In this document: positions 1-8,324 of the stretch, in pieces | Numbering within the stretch: position 1 is the first letter of the stretch | Layout of the letters: each line of letters starts with the position of its first letter | DNA from: Candidatus Saccharimonadota bacterium | GTDB taxonomy: Bacteria > Pseudomonadota > Gammaproteobacteria > Johnevansiales > Johnevansiaceae | Reading direction: 5' to 3' | DNA: 32,000 bases | Assembly (NCBI RefSeq): GCF_000300075.1 | Contig: NC_018677.1 | Coordinates: 180,001 to 212,000, forward strand | Translations under genes and position numbers: made by a program | The notes under the pieces: model-generated | Seen by the model: the letters and a program-made list of their open reading frames with translations, nothing else | Databases searched by the model: none | What the model was told of the DNA's origin: nothing

Positions 1-1263
1 CTTTTAAACAAAGCATCAAACAGCTATTAACAAACACAACACTATCAATCTATCATATTAAAAACAGCTAACACGTTTTATCTTTAACAAATACAACTAC
101 ATTTCATAATATAAAATCATAAAAATAGATTGTTTTACACAAAAACAGCAAATACAAAATAAAACTATTATGTTGTAATACAACTAACAATACTTCTAAA
201 AAAAAAACTACATTTTATAGAAACACAATAAACTACAACACAATATTAAATAAGTTTAATACGAAATACCAAATAACTTTGATAGTTTTGTGTACAACTT
301 TATCTGTTAACAATTAAATTTTAACAAACCACAACACATAATACCAAGCAGCAAAGCCCAAACTGATACTAATGTTTTTTAGCGATAAACTTTTTTAATT
401 ATAAATATTTTTTTAGCAAACAGCCTAAAATCAAAACAATTTTCATAACTGCTTACACAACTCATCCTACATCCTACCAGCAATACTGCTTGCACTTTTA
501 CATAACACACTTTTTTTTTAAACAGCTCAGCATGTTTGCTTTTTTTTTTACAATAGCTTCACTTTTAGTCAGTCTAAATTTAAATATAACCTTTTTAAAG
601 ATCCTACACCATTAAAGATACAACTCTAATAAATTTCATATAACCTTACATTAGTTACAGTACAAAATATAAATTACAAAACTTGTAACCGATTTAAATA
701 CATTACAAAATTTAAACATAATATGGCATAACTGACTTCACCACATATAACGTAATATAAGTTTTTTAAAAAATAAACAAAAGAACATATTTTATTAAAC
801 ATTTATACAACAATTTTTAACATATAACCTTAGTCATATACTATAAACTAGTGTGTATAAAAAAAAAACAGTAAAGCACAAATTTTAGAATACAATTTTC
901 AATTACATTACCTAATACACACCAACATAAACTTTTAAACAAAAAAAATATATATTCCTGCAAAACCTTAATTTCTTGCACAATTTATTTTTTATAATAT
1001 ATATAATATTTACACTTATCTATACCTCATCCATTATGTACCAGCTCGTATAATTTCATACAGACCTATTTTTTTCCCTTAATAACATATACAGCCATAC
1101 TCCTGTATTATACACAATATTTTTATACAACTTCTTTGCTCTCTATACATTATTTAAATAACTATGTTATAAGATACACAACCGTTAACATACATCTAAT
1201 ACCCGTATTATATATAACCTATACCAATTAGCAATTAGCCGTGCTCTTACTAATCCAGCACAC

Positions 1264-1314
1264 AACTAACAACTAACAACCAACAACCGCTAACCGCTAA
1301 CCGCTAACCGCTAA
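1264..1314. repeat. Seven consecutive in-phase heptamers: (AACTAAC)2 (AACCAAC)1 (AACCGCT)4. The reverse complement is (AGCGGTT)4 GTTGGTT (GTTAGTT)2.
   Basis: Parsed by hand from 1264 in steps of 7. This is the reverse-orientation counterpart of the GTTGTTA/TTAG-type arrays found on the + strand in the other spacers. Confidence 0.92.
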
Positions 1315-1502
1315 TGCATTACATATCCACAAAATTACAACAATTAGCATATTACAGACATAAAAACATAAAATACTATAACTTAACAAAGATGATTCAG
1401 CCTACAACATTATTCTAATTATTTTTTGTTTAACTAGCATAACTTAAATAAACTTTTCATGTAACATACACTTTAACACAATAATAAACTATAAACGCCT
1501 GT

Positions 1503-1562
1503 ATACCAATTTTTTGCATTATCTAATAGTTAGCATACCTATTTTTTGCATTATCTAATAGT
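1503..1562. repeat. Direct tandem duplication with a 32 bp period: ATACC[A/T]ATTTTTTGCATTATCTAATAGT x2.
   Basis: A 22 nt identical core (attttttgcattatctaatagt) occurs at 1509-1530 and 1541-1562. Confidence 0.93.
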
Positions 1563-1631
1563 CTTGAATCTATTAACCATCATAATTTTTCAATATGTAG
1601 TATGTAATATATGCTTTGAGCTTTATGTATC

Positions 1632-1652
1632 GCTGTTTGCTGTTTGCTGTTT
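1632..1652. repeat. (GCTGTTT)3 heptamer microsatellite.
   Basis: gctgtttgctgtttgctgttt read directly. An identical 21-mer recurs at 6156-6176 in the same orientation. Confidence 0.93.
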
Positions 1653-3615
1653 TTCTTTTAGGTGTACACATTTCCTATTCTTTATATAAAAATTTTTGTG
1701 TTGTTCAAACAACTATTTCTTTCTGTCTTTTATATAATAACTATAAATTAGTAAATAACATACATATAAGCGAATACCATAGCTACTATTTAACCTACCT
1801 ACTTTATTTAACAAATACAACTTATATTACCTACTTTATATAACATATTTAATAGATTTTAAAACTCATAAAACATAAGAATACTTAAATACTTGTGTAT
1901 AATTTTTAGGAATATAAAAGAAAAGAAAACAAAGAAAGTACAAAAGAATAGTAAAAACATATTAGTAACAAACAGTTAAAATGTAATAACAGTAAATAGT
2001 AAAAAAATAATTAAATAGCTTGTTAAGCTTAACAAAAATATAATTTTTTATAAAAGCTAATAACAGATAATTTTAATAAACCCTTGATGTTTTTAAACTT
2101 CTTTACCCCTTATTACAAATAACACTTCTTTTTATTTTCCTATCAAACATTAAGCAAAAATAAATAAACTTTTTTTAATTCTTAAGCACGAAGCAACCAC
2201 TTTTAACCTTTTTACATCTACTAATCAAGTCTTTAGTTTTAGTGTACCAAATAATCTTTTTTAGTAATCATACAGCCTTAATAAATTTTCTTTTTATTAG
2301 TTATTTATATGAGTTTTAATAAGTAAAACAAAACTTACAGTTATTAAAACCTTGTACAACCTTTTAAAATGTTAAATACAAAACATAAATCTAAAAAAAG
2401 CAGAATGAACAACAAACAGTAAAGATATAAACTTTTAATAGCAAACATTTTTTACCATAAACCACCAAAAGCGCACTTAAAAAAAAGTTTTACTTATGAT
2501 CTTAGCTTAGTGATTTACTTTCAAACTCTATATATCTTAACGGTTAAATTTTTAACTGTTTCTGTTTATATTTCATAAACAAAAGATATAAATGTAAAAG
2601 CTGATACTACCATTATTAAACACATACATTGATAAACCTAACGGTAACATATAGTACTATCTTTTTCATCCTCAATAAGCGCTTTAAACTTATATCTTGC
2701 ATAGTTCTTATATTTAATATTTTGTTTTACATATGCTTTAATATATATAAAAAGTTTTTTGTTCTCTGCATTGCTTTTTTTTCTTTTGTGATATTTGTTA
2801 GATGTATGGTATCTTTGTTTGTTTTATTATGTGTTGATTTTAGCTTTGTGTTTTATTTTAATTCTTGTTCTTTATACTATAAATTTCTTTGCGGTTAGAG
2901 TTTATTGTTTTTTTACTGTTATTTGTTTTTGTTTTATTAATACAACATCGTTACTTATAATATTTTATTTTTTTTATGCTTTTTGATGTATTACAGGCTA
3001 ACAAACTTGTTTTTGTGAATTTGTTTTGCAGTTTGTTGTTTTTTATTTGTATATTTGTTGTTTATTTAGTTAAATGTGTTATCAGCTTTGTAGTTTTTGT
3101 TATGTGTTAGAGATTTTGTGTTATAGGTTAAGTAAAAACAGTTATCAGGTATAAATGTTTAATATTTGTTATGTTATATGTTAATTGTTATGTTGAGATG
3201 TAGATATGATATTTGTGTTAGTTATAGTTGTAAGTAATTGTAGTAAAAAAGTATAAGTTGTTGGACTAAATATATAACAAGAATAAAGGTTTATAGTTAT
3301 AAAAAGGATAGAGGATTGCTTGAAATTTAAATAGAAAAAATGTGTAATAAAGAAATAAAAAACAACTTTAATGTGTAAAAAAAAAAGAGTTTTAAAAATT
3401 TGATAAGAATTTGTATGAAATGTACGATGTTTAGCTAACCACTTTAAAATATAAAAGTGTAGTATGTATTTGAGGTGTAATGCGTACAACAAACTAAATA
3501 AAAGAGCTGTTAAAAAAAATAAGAAATGAGGTATGGAAAAAGTAGCGGGGAATGTCAGCTTTTAGTATAAGTTAAACATCTTATGCACTGTTAAAAAAAA
3601 GAAAAAAAGGTATGT

Positions 3616-3620
3616 AAGGA
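3616..3620 (+). promoter_or_regulatory. Shine-Dalgarno-like AAGGA for cspA.
   Basis: taAGGAaaaaATG, with 4 nt between the motif and the start codon at 3625. Confidence 0.5.
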
Positions 3621-3624
3621 AAAA

Positions 3625-3846
3625 ATGGCAACAGGCACTGTAAAATGGTTCAATGACACTAAAGGCTACGGTTTTATATCACCAGACGATTGTGGTGGAG
3701 ATTTATTTGCTCATTTCTCAGAAATACAAGATGATGGTTTTAAGTCACTTCAAGATGGTCAAAAAGTAACGTTTGAAGTAACGCAAGGAAAAAAAGGCCT
3801 TCAAGCAGCTTCTATTAAAGTCATAAAAAATAAAAAATGTACGTAA
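3625..3846 (+). CDS. cspA: Cold-shock protein, CspA family (73 aa).
   Basis: [12 protein letters not shown] and DLFAHFS match the RNP1/RNP2 motifs of cold-shock domains. Size is typical. The paralogue cannot be resolved. There is a short KNKKCT tail beyond the usual C-terminus. Confidence 0.93.
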   Translation: MATGTVKWFNDTKGYGFISPDDCGGDLFAHFSEIQDDGFKSLQDGQKVTFEVTQGKKGLQAASIKVIKNKKCT

Positions 3847-3893
3847 AATAAAAAAGTGTTTCAAGCAGCTTCAATAAAACTAAAATAAAAAGG
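3789..3893. repeat. Tandem duplication of about 60 bp covering the cspA 3' end.
   Basis: tcaagcagcttc occurs at 3801-3812 and 3861-3872 with similar A-rich flanks. The second copy would read KKVFQAASIKLK*, against [14 protein letters not shown] in the gene. Confidence 0.85.
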
Positions 3894-3915
3894 GCTAAGT
3901 TATTTTATTAGCCCT
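3891..3915 (-). terminator. Intrinsic terminator hairpin for leuA. It may also attenuate convergent cspA transcription.
   Basis: An 8 bp stem AGGGCTAA/TTAGCCCT with a 9 nt loop. On the minus strand it is followed by TTTTTATTTTAG. It overlaps the leuA stop codon. There is no T-tract in the + direction. Confidence 0.65.
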
Positions 3916-5562
3916 ACAATCCATAAAATTTTTATTTATAGCTGATAAAATAGATTTTAAACAAACAGAAATTATATCAAAGTCTATAGCTGTTCCAATT
4001 AAAAGGTGTTTATGTAGATTTATTCTTATAAGCGCTATATAATACTTATTAATTTTTTGTATATAATATTTTATTAATGTAAGCTTATGTAAAGTCCACA
4101 TCTCTATAAATGCTAATAATATTTTTTTACACTCAAGTATTGAAAAATACATATTGTAAGTCACTTTATTATCAATCAGTTTATTATTAAAGCATATTTG
4201 TAAACTATTTTTATAGATATAATAATTTAGCAAACAAAATGGTGTTTCTAAAAAACAGTTATTTTTTAAAATACTATATAGTTCACAACTAGATAATTCA
4301 AACATATTTCTTTCACTTTCGTTTTGTACTAACGGTGCCAAATAATTCCTAATCCAACGTGGTAATTTTATTTTATAATCTCTTTCAAGTAAAAAAGCGA
4401 ACCCACTTTTACCTGATTGACTATTTAGTCGAATAACAGATTTATAACTACGACCTATATCTTTTGGATCTATAGGTAAATAAGCTACTTGCCATATTTC
4501 CTTTTGTTTTTGTTTTTTTATTGACTTACGTATAGCATCTTGATGACTACCAGAAAAAGCCGTATATACTAGCTTTCCTACCCATGGATGCCGTGGATGA
4601 ATTGGTAGCTTAGTACAAAGTTTTACAATATCTATTATTTCTTCTGGACAATGTAAATCAATATTTGGATCTATACCTTGACTGTATAAGTTCATAGCGA
4701 AGGCAATTAAATCCAGATTTCCAGTACGTTCACCATTGCCTAATAACGTACATTCTATACGTTGAGCTCCCGCTAACACTGCTACTTCTGAGGAAGTTAT
4801 AGCAGATCCTCTATCATTGTGAGTGTGAACAGATATTATAATTTTGTCTCGTTTACTTATGTTTTTACAAAAATATTCTATTTGATCTGCATAAACATGA
4901 GGGCTTGTTAAATCAACTGTAGTAGGTAAATTTAATATAACTTTATATATATTTTTTTGACTTAAAATATCAAGTACTGTTTCACAAATAGTTAAAGTAA
5001 AATCAATTTCTGTATTAGAAAAACTTTCTGGAGTATATTCTATTATCCAATTTACGTTTTTATATTTTTTTGTTTGGTGTAAAATGTATTTAGCGCCTTT
5101 AGCAGCTATTGCTATAATTGCTTCTTTCTGTGCTTTAAATACGCGATCTCTTTGTATAGGAGACGTAGAATTGTAAAAGTGTATTATTGATTTTTTTATT
5201 CCAACAAGAGACTCAAAAGTACGTTTAATTAACGGTTTTCTTGCTTGCACCAAAACAGCAATAGTAACGTCTTCAGGAATTTGTTTGTTTCTGATTAACC
5301 ATCTTACAAAATCAAAATCCGCTTTGCTAGCCGAAGGAAATCCAACCATAACTTCTTTTAAACCAATATTTATTAATAAAGTCCACATTGTTTTTTTTGT
5401 TTCAACAGTCATTGGTTCTATTAAAGATTGATTTCCATCTCGTAAATCTTCACTAACCAAAATAGGTGTTTTACTTATTTTTTTATCAATCCAGTCTCTG
5501 TTTTTAAGTTTTGGAAACTCATCGAAATAACAATATTTTTTATTGTTAAATTTAAACTTCAT
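3895..5562 (-). CDS. leuA: 2-isopropylmalate synthase, long (about 555 aa) form (leucine biosynthesis).
   Basis: DLRDGNQSL and HTHNDRGSA metal-binding motifs. The N-terminus and length resemble the Pseudomonas/actinobacterial-type LeuA with a C-terminal regulatory domain. Confidence 0.93.
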   Translation of the reverse strand: MKFKFNNKKYCYFDEFPKLKNRDWIDKKISKTPILVSEDLRDGNQSLIEPMTVETKKTMWTLLINIGLKEVMVGFPSASKADFDFVRWLIRNKQIPEDVTIAVLVQARKPLIKRTFESLVGIKKSIIHFYNSTSPIQRDRVFKAQKEAIIAIAAKGAKYILHQTKKYKNVNWIIEYTPESFSNTEIDFTLTICETVLDILSQKNIYKVILNLPTTVDLTSPHVYADQIEYFCKNISKRDKIIISVHTHNDRGSAITSSEVAVLAGAQRIECTLLGNGERTGNLDLIAFAMNLYSQGIDPNIDLHCPEEIIDIVKLCTKLPIHPRHPWVGKLVYTAFSGSHQDAIRKSIKKQKQKEIWQVAYLPIDPKDIGRSYKSVIRLNSQSGKSGFAFLLERDYKIKLPRWIRNYLAPLVQNESERNMFELSSCELYSILKNNCFLETPFCLLNYYIYKNSLQICFNNKLIDNKVTYNMYFSILECKKILLAFIEMWTLHKLTLIKYYIQKINKYYIALIRINLHKHLLIGTAIDFDIISVCLKSILSAINKNFMDCRANKIT

Positions 5563-5730
5563 ATTTCTTCCTATATTCTTTTAAAATTCATTTTTACGGT
5601 TTTATGTTTTTTTACTGCATGCTTTTAATTTTATTTTGTTTAAACTTTTTGATGCTTATTAAATTTTTGTTATGTGTATTTCTTAATTTTATCTTTTTAA
5701 TTGTTGTGTTGTTTGATTTTTATTTTTTTA

Positions 5731-5770
5731 CTGTTACTGTTACTGTTAGTTGTTAGTTGTTAGTTGTTAG
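5731..5770. repeat. (CTGTTA)3 followed by (GTTGTTA)3.
   Basis: Parsed by hand: hexamers at 5731-5748 and heptamers at 5749-5769. Confidence 0.93.
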
Positions 5771-6100
5771 TAAAAATTTTTCTTCCTTTTGTACTTATGC
5801 TCTATTTGTTATTTATTTGTTTTCTTTTAACGGTTTATGTAGTTAAGTTAGCTGTAAGCATTTTTTTGTTGATTTGTTTTTGTGTTCTGTGCTATAGGTT
5901 ATTAAGTTTGTTTTTGCTATTAGGTGTTTTGTGTTTCTTTTATTTTTAGCTATATGTTGTTTTATATTTTAATTTATATGGATATTTATTAATTTAATTT
6001 TAATCTTTATTATTGTGCTTTGTTAATTGCTTATTTATGGTTTTGTTTAATGATCTCTGCTTAATGTTTTATGCTGTATATTTTTTCCTTTTTAGCTTTT

Positions 6101-6188
6101 GTGATTTGTGATTTGTGATTAATGATTTATGTTGTTTGTTGTTTGTTGTTTGATTGCTGTTTGCTGTTTGCTGTTTATGTTTATGTTT
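6101..6188. repeat. Compound heptamer tract: (GTGATTT)2 GTGATTA ATGATTT, (GTTGTTT)3, (GCTGTTT)3, then ATGTTT repeats.
   Basis: Parsed by hand: 6101-6128, 6131-6151, 6156-6176, 6177-6188. Confidence 0.92.
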
Positions 6189-6390
6189 TTTGTTTTCTGC
6201 TTTTTTGTTTTTGTTGTTATTTTCTTGTTTTGTTTTTTTAGGATTACTTTTAAATTTATTTTATTTGTGTTATTTTGTTTAGTTATTATGCTTTATTTGT
6301 TGTTTTTAGTTTTTATGTTTATTTAAGTTCATATGTGTTATATACTTCAGTTTTTAATTGGAATGGTAAAAGGTTTGTGTTGTGGTTTTT

Positions 6391-6510
6391 TTAAATAGTT
6401 GTTTAATGTTTATGGATTTGTTTAAAGGCTTGATGTGTTATGCTAACTTAAATAGTTATTAAAGGTTTATGATTTTGTTTTGAGGGTAGATGTGTTTTGT
6501 TTTGATGTTA
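6391..6510. repeat. Degenerate tandem duplication with a period of about 57 bp.
   Basis: ttaaatagtt occurs at 6391 and 6448. Similar following segments (gtttatgRatttgttt, gatgtgtt) appear in both copies. Confidence 0.6.
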
Positions 6511-6793
6511 GTGGAGTTATTGTTAATGGATTATGTTTTATGCTTTTTATTAAAAATTAGTATTTTGTGTGTTTTTTAACTATAGTATACAGCATATAAA
6601 TAAGAGTGCTGTTTGTTGTTAATTAATTATTGTATTTTAAACACGTAATATAAGAAATAAAAAAAAAAAGAAGTTCAATGAATTTGTGTTTGTTGTTAAC
6701 TAATTGGATTGTATGTTTCTGATTTATTTGTTATGTTTTAGGCTATTTGATTTGTTAAATTTTGTTATATCAATAAGAAAAGAGTTTTGAATG

Positions 6794-6937
6794 ATACTTT
6801 TGTGTATTATATGTTTGAGATTTGTTTTGTATAATGTATATGTTGTATTTTATTTTTTGTGGCTTTTTGTTATAAACAGCAAATCCTGATATTATTATAG
6901 TTAATGAAATATGCTTTTGTGTATTATATGTTTGAGA
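6794..6937. repeat. Pair of direct repeats about 27 bp long, 117 bp apart.
   Basis: cttttgtgtattatatgtttgaga is present at 6797-6820 and 6914-6937, with related upstream aatga sequence. Confidence 0.88.
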
Positions 6938-7305
6938 AAGGTAAAAATAAGTTATATTGTGTAGTAATTTAATTTGTGTCTTGTTGTTAAAAAAGAAAGT
7001 AACAAGTTATATGATACAGAATAGTGTATGATGAAGGCTGTGTAAGGTGTGCATAAATATGTAATGAGAAAGGAATGATGTGAAAGGTATGAAATATAAG
7101 ATATGAGTAATGCAAGATGTTTTGTTAAAAGATGTATGAGATATGCTATGTAGTTATTTGTTACAAAATATTATTTTAGAAGAAATAGTTAATAGACGAT
7201 GTTGTTAGGTTTAAGGTATGTAATATAGAGAGGTATTGTGTAAAGAAGATTAGTAAAAAAAGTTAAGTTATTTGAGGTTTTTGTTTTGTATTGAAATTAA
7301 AGACA

Positions 7306-7560
7306 AAGAAGTGGTTGTTAAATAAAAAGAAGGGTTGTTAAACTTTTAATGCTGTATGGTAAAGTTAAGAAGTGGTTGTTAATAAAAAAAAGGTTTGTTA
7401 AAGAATAGAAATTAATTAAAAAAAAGGTTTGTTAAAGAATAGAAATTGATTTTAAAAAAGGTTTGTTAAAGAAAGAGGAGTTGTATGGAAGAGGAAAAGG
7501 TTTGTTAAAGAAAGAGGAGTTGTATGGAAGAGGAAAAGGTTTGTTAAAGTAAAGAAGTTA
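7306..7560. repeat. Tandem array with a conserved core GGTT(T)GTTAA(AG). Periods are 61, then 34, 34, 39, 39 bp.
   Basis: aagaagtggttgttaa occurs at 7306 and 7367. GGTTTGTTAAAG starts at 7392, 7426, 7460, 7499 and 7538. The two 39 bp units are identical. Confidence 0.92.
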
Positions 7561-7898
7561 AGGTAGTTGTAAAAAAAAATAGGTATTTTATAGTGTAGTT
7601 GTTAATGTATGTGATTAGGAATAGAGAATGAACAAAAAACTAAGCTAAAAAAGAGAAAAGAAGTACATAATAAGCCTTAAAATAAATAAATAAGTATATA
7701 TTTTAATATTGTAACCAAGAAATATAGTGAGAGCTTTGTAAAAAAACACCTTAGTATAAGAAGTATATATTTGTTATATTGAACTAATTGTTATAAAGAA
7801 GTAAACAAAATTATTTATTACAAAAAACCGTGATATAAAAAAAGGCCAAATGAATATTTTATTTTGTTTTAAATATGTTTTAAGTTTTTGATAATAAA

Positions 7899-8132
7899 TT
7901 AATTAAAAGTATTTAATAAACAAACAACATCTTGTATACTTTTTATATGTTTTGATTTTTCATCACTGATTTCTAGTTTAAATTCGTCTTCTAAAGTCAT
8001 TATTAAATCAATTATATCAAGTGAATCTGCACCTAAGTCTTCAATAAACAAAGAAGTAGAAGTTATAAAAAGAGGGTTAATATTAAATTGTTTCGATACT
8101 ATTGATTTTATTTTTTTTGTTAAATTAGACAT
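7899..8132 (-). CDS. acpP: Acyl carrier protein (77 aa).
   Basis: LGADSLDIIDLIMTLEDEF contains the phosphopantetheine-attachment DSL motif. It lies downstream of rpmF, as in the canonical fab cluster. Confidence 0.9.
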   Translation of the reverse strand: MSNLTKKIKSIVSKQFNINPLFITSTSLFIEDLGADSLDIIDLIMTLEDEFKLEISDEKSKHIKSIQDVVCLLNTFN

Positions 8133-8149
8133 CTTCAGAAACCTCTACT

Positions 8150-8314
8150 CTAAAACAGTTTTTTACCTCGATAATAACCATCTTCAGCTATATAATGTCT
8201 ACGATGTATAATGCCGGTAAATTTTTCTTTATTTAAAGTAGGTAATACCAATGCAGAATGTGAGCGACGCATACCTCTTTTAGAACGAGTTTTTTTATTT
8301 TTTTGAACAGCCAT
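8150..8314 (-). CDS. rpmF: 50S ribosomal protein L32 (54 aa). It is not in the supplied ORF track because it is too short.
   Basis: Hand translation of the minus strand gives [54 protein letters not shown]. This closely parallels the E. coli L32 N-terminus [19 protein letters not shown] and the C-terminal DGYYRG. ATG is at 8312-8314 and TAG at 8150-8152. Confidence 0.9.
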   Translation of the reverse strand: MAVQKNKKTRSKRGMRRSHSALVLPTLNKEKFTGIIHRRHYIAEDGYYRGKKLF

Positions 8315-8324
8315 TGTAGTTACC

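Larger units (their letters stand above)
1..3624. other. Long ORF-free spacer 1, from the window edge to cspA. The left part is G-depleted, the middle is mixed, and the right part is C-depleted.
   Basis: The only ORFs are low-complexity F/L/C/V/Y-rich ones. Hand counts: nt 1-60 have 14 C vs 2 G; nt 2641-2700 have 13 C vs 6 G; nt 2761-2820 have 11 G vs 6 C; nt 2881-2940 have 9 G vs 3 C. Confidence 0.8.
5563..7898. other. Long ORF-free spacer 2 (leuA start to acpP end). The + strand is strongly C-depleted, T/G-rich to about 6900 and A/G-rich from about 6950 to 7700.
   Basis: Hand counts: 6121-6180 have 15 G vs 3 C; 7021-7080 have 19 G vs 2 C (22 A, 17 T); 7261-7560 contain only 3 C in 300 nt. 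Only low-complexity ORFs are present. Confidence 0.85.

Noticed and set aside
1323-1331. The DnaA box-like ATATCCACA (8 of 9 matches to TTATCCACA) as evidence for oriC.
   Set aside because: It is a single near-match. Other candidates (TGTGTACAA at 289-297, TGTGGTTAA at 26863-26871) are no better than chance in several kb of AT-rich DNA. There is no cluster and no adjacent dnaA or dnaN. I kept it only as a minor note under the polarity-switch finding.
1616-3492. ORF-track entries in spacer 1 (1616-1843, 2629-2898, 2795-2986, and 3181-3492 on the minus strand).
   Set aside because: The translations are low-complexity F/L/C/V/Y/I strings, as expected from T/G- or A/C-rich repeat DNA. They overlap one another and run through microsatellites. 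They lack Shine-Dalgarno-like sequences and resemble no protein family I know.
5764-6326. ORFs 5764-5949 and 6129-6326 in spacer 2, which could be read as small hydrophobic peptides.
   Set aside because: Their hydrophobicity is a direct consequence of T/G-rich sequence (TTT, TTG, GTT and TGT codons). ORF 6129-6326 is translated straight through the heptamer arrays. There is no independent support.
7306-7560. Possible CRISPR array: regularly spaced conserved cores in 7306-7560, and the 41 bp repeats at 26156-26300.
   Set aside because: The conserved cores are only 9-12 nt, and the would-be spacers are themselves duplicated. There is no palindromic repeat of 24-40 nt, and no cas genes or leader. 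These are plain tandem duplications.
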